DNA from: Streptosporangiales bacterium
GTDB taxonomy: Bacteria > Actinomycetota > Actinomycetes > Streptosporangiales > WHSR01
Reading direction: 5' to 3'
Assembly (NCBI GenBank): GCA_009379995.1
Contig: WHSR01000003.1
Location: forward strand, 10,324 to 74,323
Length of the DNA stretch: 64,000 nt
Shown one piece after another: positions 1 to 9,081 of the stretch (its first letter is position 1; each line of letters starts with the position of its first letter). The position numbers and the translations under genes are program-made. The notes under the pieces are model-generated. The model ran no database searches, was not told where the DNA came from, and saw only the letters and a program-made list of their open reading frames with translations.

Positions 1-1066
1 TTCCGTCCCGAACGAAGCCGTAGTAGTCCACGTTGTTGTCGTGAATGCTGTTGTTCTCGAACAGTGCGTGGTTCTGCGGTAGGCCCGGATGCCCCGGGAA
101 GGCGCTGTCCATCGAGGCGCCCGCGGAGTTCTCGTACAGCTCGTTGTCGTGCACCCACACCGAGTCGCCGGCGGTGCCCGAGTAGCCGAGCAGGTTGTGA
201 TGGCTGCGGCAGCGCCGGATCTCCACCGCGTACCGGAGCACGTCGTGGCCGCGTCCGTCGTTGATGTTCGACGCGCTGCCCGGGTAAACGCCCGAGTCGC
301 CGTTGCCGTACGCCTCGCAGTCGGTGTAGAGGCCGTGATCGGTGGCGAAGGTGAGGAACCCGTACTCGTCGTTCCACCGCCCCACCAGGCGGTCGATGAC
401 GAACCCGTCGATCTCCATGACGTAGACCGCGTTGAACCTCGTCCGCTGCGCCGTGAAGTTCCGCAGGTAGATGCCGTCGGCGCGGTCGGCGCGGATCGCG
501 TTGAGCTTCCGGTACCCCGCGTCCACCACCACGTCGGCCGGCGACGCCCCCGTCCCCTCGATCTGCAGATCGCGTACGCCGAGCACGGCGACCAGGTTCT
601 GGTTGTGCGGGCAGGCGCGATGCTGGGAGTAGGACATCACCTGATAGCGGTAGCCGCCGGCCTCGGCCCACGGGGCGGGCAGGTTCGCGCACCTTCCGGA
701 CGGCGGCGCGAGGCTCGGCTCCTCCCGGTAGGTTCCGGGCAGTACCAGGATCCTGGTACCCGGCCGCTCCACCCGGTCCACCGCGTCCTGCAGGTGCCGG
801 AACCCGTCACCCTGGCACGCCTCGAACAGCTCCAGGTTGCGCGCCCGCAGCTCGGCAGGGAAGTCGGCTACCCGGCGCCGGAAATCCCCCAGGTCGCTCT
901 TGCAGACCAGGAGCTGTGGCCCGTCGGTACGGTACGCGGGAACGCTGCCGCTGCCGTCCGGCAGCGTGACCTTGCGCTCCTCGTGCGCTAAGGCGGACGG
1001 CGCCGCCCAGCCAAGGAAGGCCACCGTGACGACGGCGACCGCCGCGATCCTCACCACCCGGCCCAT
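1..1066 (-). CDS. secreted right-handed parallel beta-helix repeat protein (C-terminus runs off the window start)
   Basis: Absent from the ORF track because no stop lies inside the window. My reverse-complement translation from ATG (CAT at 1064-1066) gives MGRVVRIAAVAVVTVAFLGWAAPSALAHEE (signal peptide). It continues with repeated turns: GIYLRNF, AVYVMEIDGFVI, GDSGVYPG, VWVHDNELYENSAG, LFENNSIHDNN. These are typical of pectate-lyase-fold beta-helices. Confidence 0.6.
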   Translation of the reverse strand, partial: MGRVVRIAAVAVVTVAFLGWAAPSALAHEERKVTLPDGSGSVPAYRTDGPQLLVCKSDLGDFRRRVADFPAELRARNLELFEACQGDGFRHLQDAVDRVERPGTRILVLPGTYREEPSLAPPSGRCANLPAPWAEAGGYRYQVMSYSQHRACPHNQNLVAVLGVRDLQIEGTGASPADVVVDAGYRKLNAIRADRADGIYLRNFTAQRTRFNAVYVMEIDGFVIDRLVGRWNDEYGFLTFATDHGLYTDCEAYGNGDSGVYPGSASNINDGRGHDVLRYAVEIRRCRSHHNLLGYSGTAGDSVWVHDNELYENSAGASMDSAFPGHPGLPQNHALFENNSIHDNNVDYYGFVRDG

Positions 1067-1100
1067 GTCGCCGAAGACTAGAAGACCATTCGGCCCCTGG

Positions 1101-2090
1101 CTACCCTTCAGTAACCGACGACGAGCTCCCGCGGGCGTCGCCGGCCGCGCGGGTGACCCGGCCGCCCAGCGCGCGCAGATACTCGGCGAGCTCCGGCGGC
1201 TCGTGCACCTCGAACTCGCAGCCGAGCAGGACCAACCGGAACGCCAACCACTCCAGGGTGTCGGCCCCGCTTCGCAGCCGACAGCTGTGCCCGTCGATCG
1301 GCTCCAGCTCGCCGGCGGTGCCGCCCAGGCGGCCCGTCACCTCCTCGATCGGGGCGTGCAGAGTCGCCACCGCCCGGTAGGTGGGTGCGAGGCTGTAGAG
1401 CTTGCTGGTGACGTACGTTGCGGCGTCCTCGGCCGGCAGTTCGCGTGGTGCGGTCCGAACGCCGGTGGGCCGCGGCTGCTGGACGCGGTCGACGCGGAAG
1501 ATCCGCCAGTCGTCGCGGTAGTTGTCGTACGCGACGAGGTACCAGCGGCGGCCGGCCGAGACGAGGCGGTGCGGCTCCACCAGGCGCGTGCTCTCGGTAC
1601 CGTCGACAGCCCGGTAGCCGAAGCGCAGCCGCTCGTGATTGGTGATCGCTGCGGCCAGGGCGGTCAGATGCCCGGGATCGACCGTCGGCCCGTCGCCGGC
1701 CAGCAGCGGGATGGTGGCCATGGCCGTGCCCAGCGTGCCCACGCGGCGCCGCAGCCGGGACGGCAGCACCTGCTCAAGCTTCGCGAGCGCCCGTACGGAC
1801 GCCTCCTCGATGCCGTCGACGGCGTGCCCCGCGGCGGTACGCAGGCCGACCGCGATGGCCACGGCCTCCTCGTCGTCGACCAGCAAGGGTGGCATGGCAG
1901 TGCCGGCAACCAGGCGGTAGCCGCCCTCCGCGCCCATCGTCGCCTGCACCGGATAGCCGAGGTCACGCAGCCGCTCGATGTCCCGGCGGATGGTGCGCGG
2001 GCTGACCTGCAGGCGCTCGGCGAGCTCCCTGCCCGGCCACTCCCGCGGGGTCTGCAATAGGGACAGCAGACTCAGCAGTCGTGCCGCCAT
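1101..2090 (-). CDS. YafY-family transcriptional regulator (HTH + WYL domain)
   Basis: 329-aa ORF. N-terminal HTH: ELAERLQVSPRTIRRDIERLRDLGYPV. Central WYL-type segment: GRRWYLVAYDNYRDDWRIFRVDRV. Divergent from the VOC gene. Confidence 0.85.
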   Translation of the reverse strand: MAARLLSLLSLLQTPREWPGRELAERLQVSPRTIRRDIERLRDLGYPVQATMGAEGGYRLVAGTAMPPLLVDDEEAVAIAVGLRTAAGHAVDGIEEASVRALAKLEQVLPSRLRRRVGTLGTAMATIPLLAGDGPTVDPGHLTALAAAITNHERLRFGYRAVDGTESTRLVEPHRLVSAGRRWYLVAYDNYRDDWRIFRVDRVQQPRPTGVRTAPRELPAEDAATYVTSKLYSLAPTYRAVATLHAPIEEVTGRLGGTAGELEPIDGHSCRLRSGADTLEWLAFRLVLLGCEFEVHEPPELAEYLRALGGRVTRAAGDARGSSSSVTEG

Positions 2091-2178
2091 GACATCAAGA
2101 ATGCCAGCATATGGGACAAGAGCTGACCTATATGGCGTCTACTGTCGGTCGCCCAACCTCGGCACGAAGGAGCAGGCG

Positions 2179-2940
2179 ATGAGCTACGTCACCGGCAACC
2201 AACCGAACGGCACCCCCACCTGGATCGACCTCGGCATCCCCGACCTCGAGCGCGCGATGGAGTTCTACGGTGCGCTGTTCGGCTGGGAGTACGACGTCGG
2301 GCCCGCGGAGACCGGGCGCTACACGATGTGCCTGCTGCGCGGCCGACCGGTCGCGGCGATCATGCCGAACCCCGACCCGGACGCCACCGAGTTCTGGTGG
2401 AACATGTACTTCGCCGCCGAGGACTGCGACGGGACCGCCAAGCGCATCACCGACGCGGGCGGCACCCTGATCCAGGAACCGATGGACGTCATGGACCAGG
2501 GCCGCATGGCCATCGCCAGGGACACCGTCGGCGCTCAGTTCGGCCTCTGGCAGGGCCGCGCGCACATTGGCTGCCAGATCGTGAACGAGCCCAACTCGCT
2601 CGTCCGCAACGATCTGGTCACCCCGACGCCCGAGCCCGCCCGAGCCTTCTACCCGGCGGTCTTCGGCTACACGCTGGATCGCAACGAGGATCTCCCGGGC
2701 ATGGACTTCACGTTCCTGCGCCGGCCGGACGGCAAGGAGATCGGCGGGATCGTCGGCCTGCCGGATGCCGCCTCGTCAAGGTGGGCGACCTGTTTCGAGG
2801 TGGCCGACACCGATGCCGTCGCGGAGCGGGCCGCCGCGGCCGGTGGCACGCCCGGCGCCGTCGACGACACCCCGTACGGGCGGATGGCGACCATCACCGA
2901 TCCCTTTGGCACCGAGTTCTCCGTCATCGCGAGACCTTGA
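2179..2940 (+). CDS. VOC (glyoxalase/bleomycin-resistance fold) family protein
   Basis: Internal ATG at 2179 sits behind GAAGGAG. The product MSYVTGNQPNGTPTWIDLGIPDLERAMEFYGALFGWEY has two tandem VOC-like halves. The upstream part of track ORF 1978-2940 is off-frame junk overlapping the regulator gene. Confidence 0.85.
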   Translation: MSYVTGNQPNGTPTWIDLGIPDLERAMEFYGALFGWEYDVGPAETGRYTMCLLRGRPVAAIMPNPDPDATEFWWNMYFAAEDCDGTAKRITDAGGTLIQEPMDVMDQGRMAIARDTVGAQFGLWQGRAHIGCQIVNEPNSLVRNDLVTPTPEPARAFYPAVFGYTLDRNEDLPGMDFTFLRRPDGKEIGGIVGLPDAASSRWATCFEVADTDAVAERAAAAGGTPGAVDDTPYGRMATITDPFGTEFSVIARP

Positions 2941-3141
2941 GGGACGGCCGAGCGTCATGGGTTGATCAGTGCTTTATAGGCCGCGCGCACATCTCTGCCG
3001 GACGTCGGCGTCATTGTCGGTCCCGCCACCTCACGTGAACCCGACGTCGGACGAGCCCATACCGAAGGTGACGAGGCCTCTTCTATGACGGCACGATGCT
3101 GATCCCCACGGTCGCTCAACTTGCATGGGGCGCGCCAAGAA

Positions 3142-4302
3142 TTACGGCGGCCAGTGGCCGGGGCGGGGGATTCGGTAGGTGATGCGGCCGTCGGGGTGGT
3201 GGGTGATCTGCACTTGGTCGGGATGGCGGGTTTTCCATTTGTGGTGGAACCCGCAGGCCAGGACGGTGTTGGCCAGGCTGGTTTCGCCGCCAAGCGTCCA
3301 CGGGGTCACGTGGTCGGCCTCACACAGCGCGGCAGGGATGTCACAGCCGTTCACCACGCAGGTACGGTCACGGACCTCCAACGCCCGGCGGATCGCTGGG
3401 GTGACCAGCCGCTGCTCCCGGCCCACATCGAGCGGGACGCTCCCCGGCCCGACAATCACCCTCGACAGGCCGGCGTTCTCGGCGATGCGGCGAGCGTCGG
3501 CGGCGGAGATCGCGTGCCCGCCCGGAAGGATGCCGGGAGTGTCGCCGCCGGTGAGGGTGTCCAGGTCGACGACGACGCTCATGTGGCTCTGCTGCCGACC
3601 GCGGATCAGGGTGTACAGGGCGTCGGCGTAGCGCTGCTCCCGGGTGCGTGGATCGTCGGTGCCGGCGGGCTTGGCCAGCGGATCGAGAGCGGACTTGAGG
3701 CAGGCGGTCATCTCGGGGTCGAAGATGCCCTCGAAGTGGCTCTTGCCGTCCAACAGATCCGCGATGGACAGCCAGCGGCGGTCGAAGCCGCGCTCGTCGT
3801 CCTTGTTCGACCCGTCCGGGTCCAGCACCCGCCGCAGATGCCCGCCCGCCTTCGCGACGTCCTCCACCGACCCCTCCCGCGCCAAGTCGAGGAGAATGTC
3901 TTCGGCCTGCTCAGCGACCTCCCGGTTGTAGTGCTTCACCGCATGGCGGACGGCAGCGGTGTGCGCGTACCCCAGCTCACCGGCCGCGAACAGCTTCTCG
4001 GTGGCGGGCAATCGGCGCAGCTGCCGGGCCACCGTCACCCGCTCGGCTGCCTGGCCACGACGTATCCGGCAGGTCTGCCGCAACCACGCGCTGGTCGACG
4101 GGTACCCCCACGCCTGCGCCGCTTTCTCGGCATCCACCCGACCCACCCGGGCTACCACCGCAGCCTGTAGCAGGTCGACGGCGCGGGCAAGCTCGTGGGT
4201 CTCCTCCATCGCCAGCGTGGGCGAGTCCGGCCCAGCACCGCCGGCCAACTCGGCGGCGATCTCCGCGAGTTGAGCCAGTAGCACTCGGGTATTCGAACTC
4301 AT
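3142..4302 (-). CDS. DUF222 / HNH endonuclease family protein (13E12-repeat-like)
   Basis: 386 aa. The C-terminal HNH region is RTCVVNGCDIPAALCEADHVTPWTLGGETSLANTVLACGFHHKWKTRH. The long N-terminal helical domain is typical of actinobacterial DUF222 proteins. Confidence 0.85.
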   Translation of the reverse strand: MSSNTRVLLAQLAEIAAELAGGAGPDSPTLAMEETHELARAVDLLQAAVVARVGRVDAEKAAQAWGYPSTSAWLRQTCRIRRGQAAERVTVARQLRRLPATEKLFAAGELGYAHTAAVRHAVKHYNREVAEQAEDILLDLAREGSVEDVAKAGGHLRRVLDPDGSNKDDERGFDRRWLSIADLLDGKSHFEGIFDPEMTACLKSALDPLAKPAGTDDPRTREQRYADALYTLIRGRQQSHMSVVVDLDTLTGGDTPGILPGGHAISAADARRIAENAGLSRVIVGPGSVPLDVGREQRLVTPAIRRALEVRDRTCVVNGCDIPAALCEADHVTPWTLGGETSLANTVLACGFHHKWKTRHPDQVQITHHPDGRITYRIPRPGHWPP

Positions 4303-4403
4303 GTTCCCATCTTACGCAAGAACCCGACAACCCGACACCGAGAAACCGGGCGGTGGGGAAAGGCCGCTCTTCCAAGTGGGTCGCGGTGGCGCCGAGCATC
4401 CCT

Positions 4404-5564
4404 TCACCCGTCGACTGGTCGACCGGCATGCGCGGTGGCGGGCGAGCCGGTGAGCCGGTAGACGCGGCGGGCGTTGTCGGCGCCGATCAGGCGGGCGATC
4501 CGCGCCGCGTCCTGCGGCGAGCACTCCTCTCGGGCCACCCAGTCGGACAGAACCCTGTCGAGCCCGCGCCGGTAGAGCAGGGCGCCGAGGTAGTACAGCT
4601 CGGCGAGTCCGTACGCGTCGGTGCTGAAGAGGTTCTTGTGGAACGGGGCGAGTTCCAGGGACTCGGCGATCACGGCCGCCGAGGAGGCCGCCGTGTAGTG
4701 CACGGCGAGCCCGACGTCGAGGTGGACATGCGGGTACACCGCGGCCAGGTAGCCGGCCTCGCGGTGGTACGGGTAGCAGTGCAGCAGCATGACCGGGACC
4801 GGCTCGGCGGCGCGCAGGAAGTCGCGCATCAGCAGCGGGTTGCTGCGGCGCAGGTCGATGTCGGGATCACCGTAACCGACGTGGAACTGGATCGGCAGGC
4901 CCCGTTCACGGGCCACCTCAACCCCGGTCCACAGCGCGTGGCGCAGCAACACCGGGTCGGCGAGCCGGGATCCGCCCGCACGCAGCCAGCGGCCGGCAGC
5001 GGCCGCCACCTCCGCACGCCGGGGCGGCGCCGGGTCGAAGTCCAGCCCGTGCCGGTAGGCCACTATCGACTTCAGGCCGGCGGCGCCCGCCGCCGCCCGG
5101 TCGAGCTCGTCGGCTACCCGGTCCGCGTACTCCCCCGCGCCCGGCCCTCCGGCGGCGACCCGCTCGGCCACGGCCTCCAGGCGGACCACCGGGTGGGCCA
5201 CTCCCCCGGCCAACTCGGCGATCTCCGCCGGGGTCAGCGCGTCGGGCGGTGCGTACCCGGTGTCCACGAGGAACACCCCGATGCCGGTGCCGGCGAGGAG
5301 TCGGCGGTTTGCCTCTTCGGCGCCGAGCTCGGCGCGCCGCTGCAGGTACTCCTCGGCCGACGGGAACGGCGACAGGTCGAGGACGGGCGCGCACCACCGT
5401 CGGATCGCCAGGCCGAGCGGGCTGTCGAAGTATGTGGTCCCCGGCGGCGCTGGACTGTCCGACTCGGTGATGAGCAGCTCGAACGACCGTCGGTCCAGGT
5501 CGGAGCGTACGACCCCGTGGCAGTGGCCGTCGAACAGCGGAAGCCGGTCGAGGTAGGAGTTCAT
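4404..5564 (-). CDS. amidohydrolase-family (TIM-barrel metal-dependent hydrolase) protein
   Basis: 386-aa C-terminal part of the 944-aa track ORF, starting at MNSYLDRLPLFDGHCHGVV (HxH metal motif). Later motifs are QFHVGYGDPD, LLHCYPYHREAGYLA and STDAYG. The ATG at 5562-5564 was confirmed by residue counting. Confidence 0.85.
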   Translation of the reverse strand: MNSYLDRLPLFDGHCHGVVRSDLDRRSFELLITESDSPAPPGTTYFDSPLGLAIRRWCAPVLDLSPFPSAEEYLQRRAELGAEEANRRLLAGTGIGVFLVDTGYAPPDALTPAEIAELAGGVAHPVVRLEAVAERVAAGGPGAGEYADRVADELDRAAAGAAGLKSIVAYRHGLDFDPAPPRRAEVAAAAGRWLRAGGSRLADPVLLRHALWTGVEVARERGLPIQFHVGYGDPDIDLRRSNPLLMRDFLRAAEPVPVMLLHCYPYHREAGYLAAVYPHVHLDVGLAVHYTAASSAAVIAESLELAPFHKNLFSTDAYGLAELYYLGALLYRRGLDRVLSDWVAREECSPQDAARIARLIGADNARRVYRLTGSPATAHAGRPVDG

Positions 5565-6071
5565 GTCGACTTCGTTCCCAACGCGTGCCGGGTGAGGATG
5601 AGCAGGGCCGCCGGGATCAGCACGCCGACGCCGAGCACGACTGTCTGGACGCCCGCGCCCCACGGCGGGAAGCCCTCCAGGTGGCCCGCGTGGAACACGA
5701 AGTGCGGCACGGTAGTAGCCGAACGGCACGCGGTCGACGCCGACGATGGACACGTACACCAGGTGGGAAAGGCCCGCCCGCCGCACGGCCTCGACCACTG
5801 CCCTCGTCGCGGTGACCTCCTTCGCGCCGCGCATCGTCGTGGCGCAGTGAACGACGACGCCGGTTCCGGAAAACGCGGCGGCCACGCCCTCGCCGGTCAA
5901 CAGGTCGGCGGTCGCCCACCCGTAGGGCGGCCGCGGCTCGACGGGCACCGTACGCCGGCTGGCCACCCGCACCTCATGCCCGGCCGCCAGAAGTTGCGCG
6001 ACGACTACCCGGCCGAGCGCGCCGGTACCGCCGGTCACGAAGACTGGTTTGTCCACCCCTCGGTGCTCCAT
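5565..6071 (-). pseudogene. truncated NAD(P)H-binding NmrA/SDR-like gene remnant (only ~120 N-terminal residues are homologous)
   Basis: The sequence MEHRGVDKPVFVTGGTGALGRVVVAQLLAAGHEVRV...HLVYVSIVGVDRVPFGYY is a Rossmann N-terminus. After about position 5710 the frame turns into Arg/Pro junk. It then reads through, with no stop, into the amidohydrolase ATG. Confidence 0.6.
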
Positions 6072-6100
6072 GGTGACGAGCTTGCCAAACCCGGCGCGCA

Positions 6101-8323
6101 CTACCGCAACTGGGCGAGGGCACCCCTCCGTTCCCTGGCGTCCCGGGCCAGCCGCAGCACGTTGTCGACGATGCGAGGCCCGGCGCCGCACCGCGCGGTG
6201 AGGATCGACTCCGGGTGGAACTGCACGGCCCAGTGCGCCGCCCGTGCGTTCTCGATGGCCATCACCACGCCGTCCTCGCTCGCGGCCGTCACCTCGAAGC
6301 CGCTGCGCACCGCGTCCCGCTCCGCGTACAGGGAGTGGTAGCGGGCAGCGGTGAAGGTCGGAGGCAGGCCGGCGAGCAGGTCGCCCCCCAACACCGTCAC
6401 CGTGCTCGGCTTGCCGTGGACGGGCTCGGCGAGCAGCGACAGCTCGCCGCCCGCGTGCTCGACCATCGCCTGCAGGCCGAGGCATACGCCGAAGATCGGC
6501 AGCTCGCGGACGACCAGCGCGTCGAGCAGCCGCGCGCAGCCGAAGTCGCTGGGCCGGCCCGGGCCCGGAGACAACACGACCAGGTCGGGGGCGATCTCGT
6601 CGATTATCACCTCGGGGAACCCCGCGCGCAGCGTCGTCACCTCGGCGCCGTGCCGCCGGAAGTAGTCGCCGAGGGTGTTGACGAACGAGTCCTGGTGGTC
6701 GACGAGCAGCACCCGCATCCCCGCGCCGGCGGGGAGCCGGTCCGCGGCCGGGACCGCCGTGACCTCCTCCTCCGGCGGTTCGGCCATCCGCGTTGCGGCC
6801 AGGGACTCGAGCAGGGCGCGGGCCTTCAGCTCGGTCTCCCGCTCCTCGGCATCCGGATCCGAGTCGTGCAGCAGCGTGGCGCCCACCCGGACAGCGGCGA
6901 TGTTGTTCTGGATGTGCGCGGTGCGCAGGGTCAGCCCGGTGTTCAGCGAGCCGTCGAATCCGATGACCCCTACCGCTCCCCCGTACCAACGGCGCGGCCG
7001 CGCCTCGTGCTCCTCGATGAACTGCATGGCCCAGGTCTTCGGCGCGCCGGTCACCGTCACCGCCCACATGTGGGTGAGGAAGGCATCCAGCGCGTCGAAC
7101 CCGGGCCGCAACCGTCCCTCCACGTGGTCGACGGTGTGGATGAGCCGGCTGTACAGCTCGATCTGGCGGCGTCCGATCACCCGTACGGTCCCCGGCACGC
7201 ACACCCGCGACTTGTCGTTGCGATCGACGTCGGTGCACATCGTCAGCTCGGCCTCGTCCTTGGCCGAGTTGAGCAGTTCCTGGATGCGCTCGGCGTCTTC
7301 CAGCGGGTCGGCGCCGCGCCGGATCGTGCCCGAGATCGGGCAGGTTTCCACCCGGTCGCCGGTCACCCGTACGAACATCTCCGGGGAGGCGCCGACCAGG
7401 TACTCGCCCTCGCCGAGATTGAAGAAGAACTCGTACGGCGCCGGGTTGGTGTGCCGCAGCCGTTCGAAGAACAGGGCCGGCTCGTCGCAGGGCGCGTGGA
7501 AGGTCTGGCTGGGCACCACCTCGAACAGGTCACCGCGGGCGAATTTCTCCCGGGCGGTGCCGACGATACGGGCGTACGAGCCACGCTCGGGAGGCAGCGG
7601 TAGCGCCTCGGCCGATCGAGACGCCGGCCGGGGCGGGAATGGATCGCTCCGCTCGCTCCCCCGCGGCAGGCCTTCGGTGGAAACGCCGCTCACGGTGAAC
7701 TCGTAGCTGTGCAGCCGGCACGTCTCCCGCTTGCGGTCGACCACCAATATCTGGTCGGGCAACTGCAGGACCATGTCGCGCTGTCCGTCCTCGCGCGGAT
7801 GACACAACCGGATCGGCTCGAACTGGAACGCCAGGTCGTACCCGAACGCCCCGTACAGCCCCAGGTGCTCGTCACGATCGTTGGCGAACAGCGCGGCGAT
7901 CCGCCGCAGCGCGGAGAAGACGGTGGGCTGCCGGCTGCGCTCCTCCTCCGGAAAGACGCCGTCGCCAGGCGAAATATAGACCTCCACGCCGTCGGCCGAG
8001 GCCGGCCCGGTGGGTTCACCGACCGCGAGGACCGCGTCCACCACCACCGGGAGCAGCACCCGCCCCCGCTCGTTCAGTGCCCGCACGGCGAGCCGGCGCC
8101 CGTGGGCGGTCACCTCCAGAGCGGGGTTCACGTAGGCCAGGTGCCAGCGGCTGTACCGGCCCGGGTACTCCATGCCGGAGCTGAGGACGCCGCCGCGCCG
8201 CCGTCCGACCTCGGCCACGAGAGCGTCGAGGTCCTCCGGCGCCACGTCCGTGTCGTGCCGGGCCACCGCGACGCCGCCCGGCGTCGTGTACTCGATCGTC
8301 ACGGGATCCTTGCTTGTGCCCAC
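6101..8323 (-). CDS. trpE: anthranilate synthase, fused component I + glutamine amidotransferase, TrpE(G) type
   Basis: Collinear with my recollection of rhizobial TrpE(G). Shared motifs: YTTPGG, YPGRYSRW, LGLYGAFGYDLAFQFE, LVGASPEMFVRV, CPISGTI, ELTMCTDVDRNDKSRVC, WAVTVTGAPK. The C-terminal GATase has LPIFGVCLGLQ and VQFHPES. I chose the GTG start at 8321-8323. GTG 8366-8368 is an alternative but lies inside the attenuator stem. Confidence 0.9.
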   Translation of the reverse strand: MGTSKDPVTIEYTTPGGVAVARHDTDVAPEDLDALVAEVGRRRGGVLSSGMEYPGRYSRWHLAYVNPALEVTAHGRRLAVRALNERGRVLLPVVVDAVLAVGEPTGPASADGVEVYISPGDGVFPEEERSRQPTVFSALRRIAALFANDRDEHLGLYGAFGYDLAFQFEPIRLCHPREDGQRDMVLQLPDQILVVDRKRETCRLHSYEFTVSGVSTEGLPRGSERSDPFPPRPASRSAEALPLPPERGSYARIVGTAREKFARGDLFEVVPSQTFHAPCDEPALFFERLRHTNPAPYEFFFNLGEGEYLVGASPEMFVRVTGDRVETCPISGTIRRGADPLEDAERIQELLNSAKDEAELTMCTDVDRNDKSRVCVPGTVRVIGRRQIELYSRLIHTVDHVEGRLRPGFDALDAFLTHMWAVTVTGAPKTWAMQFIEEHEARPRRWYGGAVGVIGFDGSLNTGLTLRTAHIQNNIAAVRVGATLLHDSDPDAEERETELKARALLESLAATRMAEPPEEEVTAVPAADRLPAGAGMRVLLVDHQDSFVNTLGDYFRRHGAEVTTLRAGFPEVIIDEIAPDLVVLSPGPGRPSDFGCARLLDALVVRELPIFGVCLGLQAMVEHAGGELSLLAEPVHGKPSTVTVLGGDLLAGLPPTFTAARYHSLYAERDAVRSGFEVTAASEDGVVMAIENARAAHWAVQFHPESILTARCGAGPRIVDNVLRLARDARERRGALAQLR

Positions 8324-8367
8324 CGTCTTGTCCCTGTCGTTCAGGCCCTCGCATGGCGGGCACAGCA

Positions 8368-8440
8368 CAGCGCCGCCATCGAAGGCGGTCGCTGCATGTC
8401 AGAAACGCGGATCAGCGCCGCCCGGGGCGACGCCACCAGC
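8368..8440 (-). promoter_or_regulatory. candidate transcription attenuator (alternative hairpins 1:2, 2:3, 3:4) of trpE(G)
   Basis: In RNA sense, GUCGCC-CCG-GGCGGC forms a hairpin directly after UGGUGG. The decamer GGCGGCGCUG occurs twice (plus-strand 8413-8422 and 8368-8377). The two copies flank its complement CAGCG(A)CCGCC (8384-8394). Confidence 0.45.
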
Positions 8441-8462
8441 AACGAAGCGAGCTAATCCGCAT
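8412..8462 (-). CDS. candidate trp leader peptide (16 aa, MRISSLRCWWRRPGRR) with tandem Trp codons
   Basis: My reverse-complement reading of 8412-8462 is atg cgg att agc tcg ctt cgt tgc tgg tgg cgt cgc ccc ggg cgg cgc tga. It lies immediately upstream of trpE(G). No obvious SD is present. Confidence 0.5.
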   Translation of the reverse strand: MRISSLRCWWRRPGRR

Positions 8463-8505
8463 GGTGGTGCACACTAGCCGAACCCGAGCCCTCGGTAAAG
8501 CGGGA

Positions 8506-9081
8506 CTACCCGGCGGCGGGCTCCGGCTTGCGGGCGGCGAACCGTACGGCCCCGGGCACGTGGGTGACCTTCACCTCGGTGAAGCCGGCGGACTCCAGCC
8601 GGTGCTGCAGCGTCGCCGGATCGACGACGGTCATGGTGTCGAAGAGGTGGATGAGCCGAAACCGCAGGCTGGGCTGGCTGTCGGTGCCGGCGAAAACGCC
8701 GCCCGGGCGGAGCACCCGGCAGGCCTCGGCGAAGAGCTTGTCCTGCAGAGAGGGGTTCGGAACGTGGTGGAGCATCGTGAAGCAGACCACGCCGCTGAAG
8801 CTGTCCTCGGGGAACGGCATGGCCGCCCCGTCGCCGTGGGTCACCCGTACCTTGTCGGCGAACTGGTCGCGGAGCCGCTCGACGAACCCCTCGTCGATCT
8901 CCAGCGCCGAAAGGTTCGGCACCTGTTCCGCCAGCACACGGGTCGTCACGCCCAGCCCCGGACCCACCTCCAGGACATCGGTGCCCAGGTCGACGTTCTT
9001 CAGCCCCCACGGCAGTAGCGTGCTCTCCACCCGCGCCGCCCATTTCCGGGAGGCACAGTAGCGGCGATGGAACCGGTTCAT
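8506..9081 (-). CDS. class I SAM-dependent methyltransferase
   Basis: Starts at MNRFHRRYC (ATG 9079-9081). The SAM-binding motif is VLEVGPGLGVTT, followed by LRPGGVFAG. Confidence 0.85.
   Translation of the reverse strand: MNRFHRRYCASRKWAARVESTLLPWGLKNVDLGTDVLEVGPGLGVTTRVLAEQVPNLSALEIDEGFVERLRDQFADKVRVTHGDGAAMPFPEDSFSGVVCFTMLHHVPNPSLQDKLFAEACRVLRPGGVFAGTDSQPSLRFRLIHLFDTMTVVDPATLQHRLESAGFTEVKVTHVPGAVRFAARKPEPAAG

Noticed and set aside
89-2060. Plus-strand ORFs 89-991 (300 aa) and 837-2060 (407 aa)
   Set aside because: They are antisense to the beta-helix protein and the WYL regulator, and their composition is Arg/Val/Ala/Pro-rich shadow-ORF sequence.
4404-7238. 944-aa ORF on the minus strand
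   Set aside because: It is a composite. Only the last 386 aa (amidohydrolase) and a ~120-aa NmrA-like block are protein-like. The N-terminal ~390 aa are Arg/Gly/Pro-rich and lie antisense or off-frame to trpE(G).
8324-8368. GTG 8366-8368 as the trpE(G) start (track ORF start)
   Set aside because: It falls inside the proposed terminator stem. It also adds 15 residues (VLCPPCEGLNDRDKT) absent from the TrpE(G) N-terminus I recall. The GTG at 8323 fits the alignment better. This remains uncertain.
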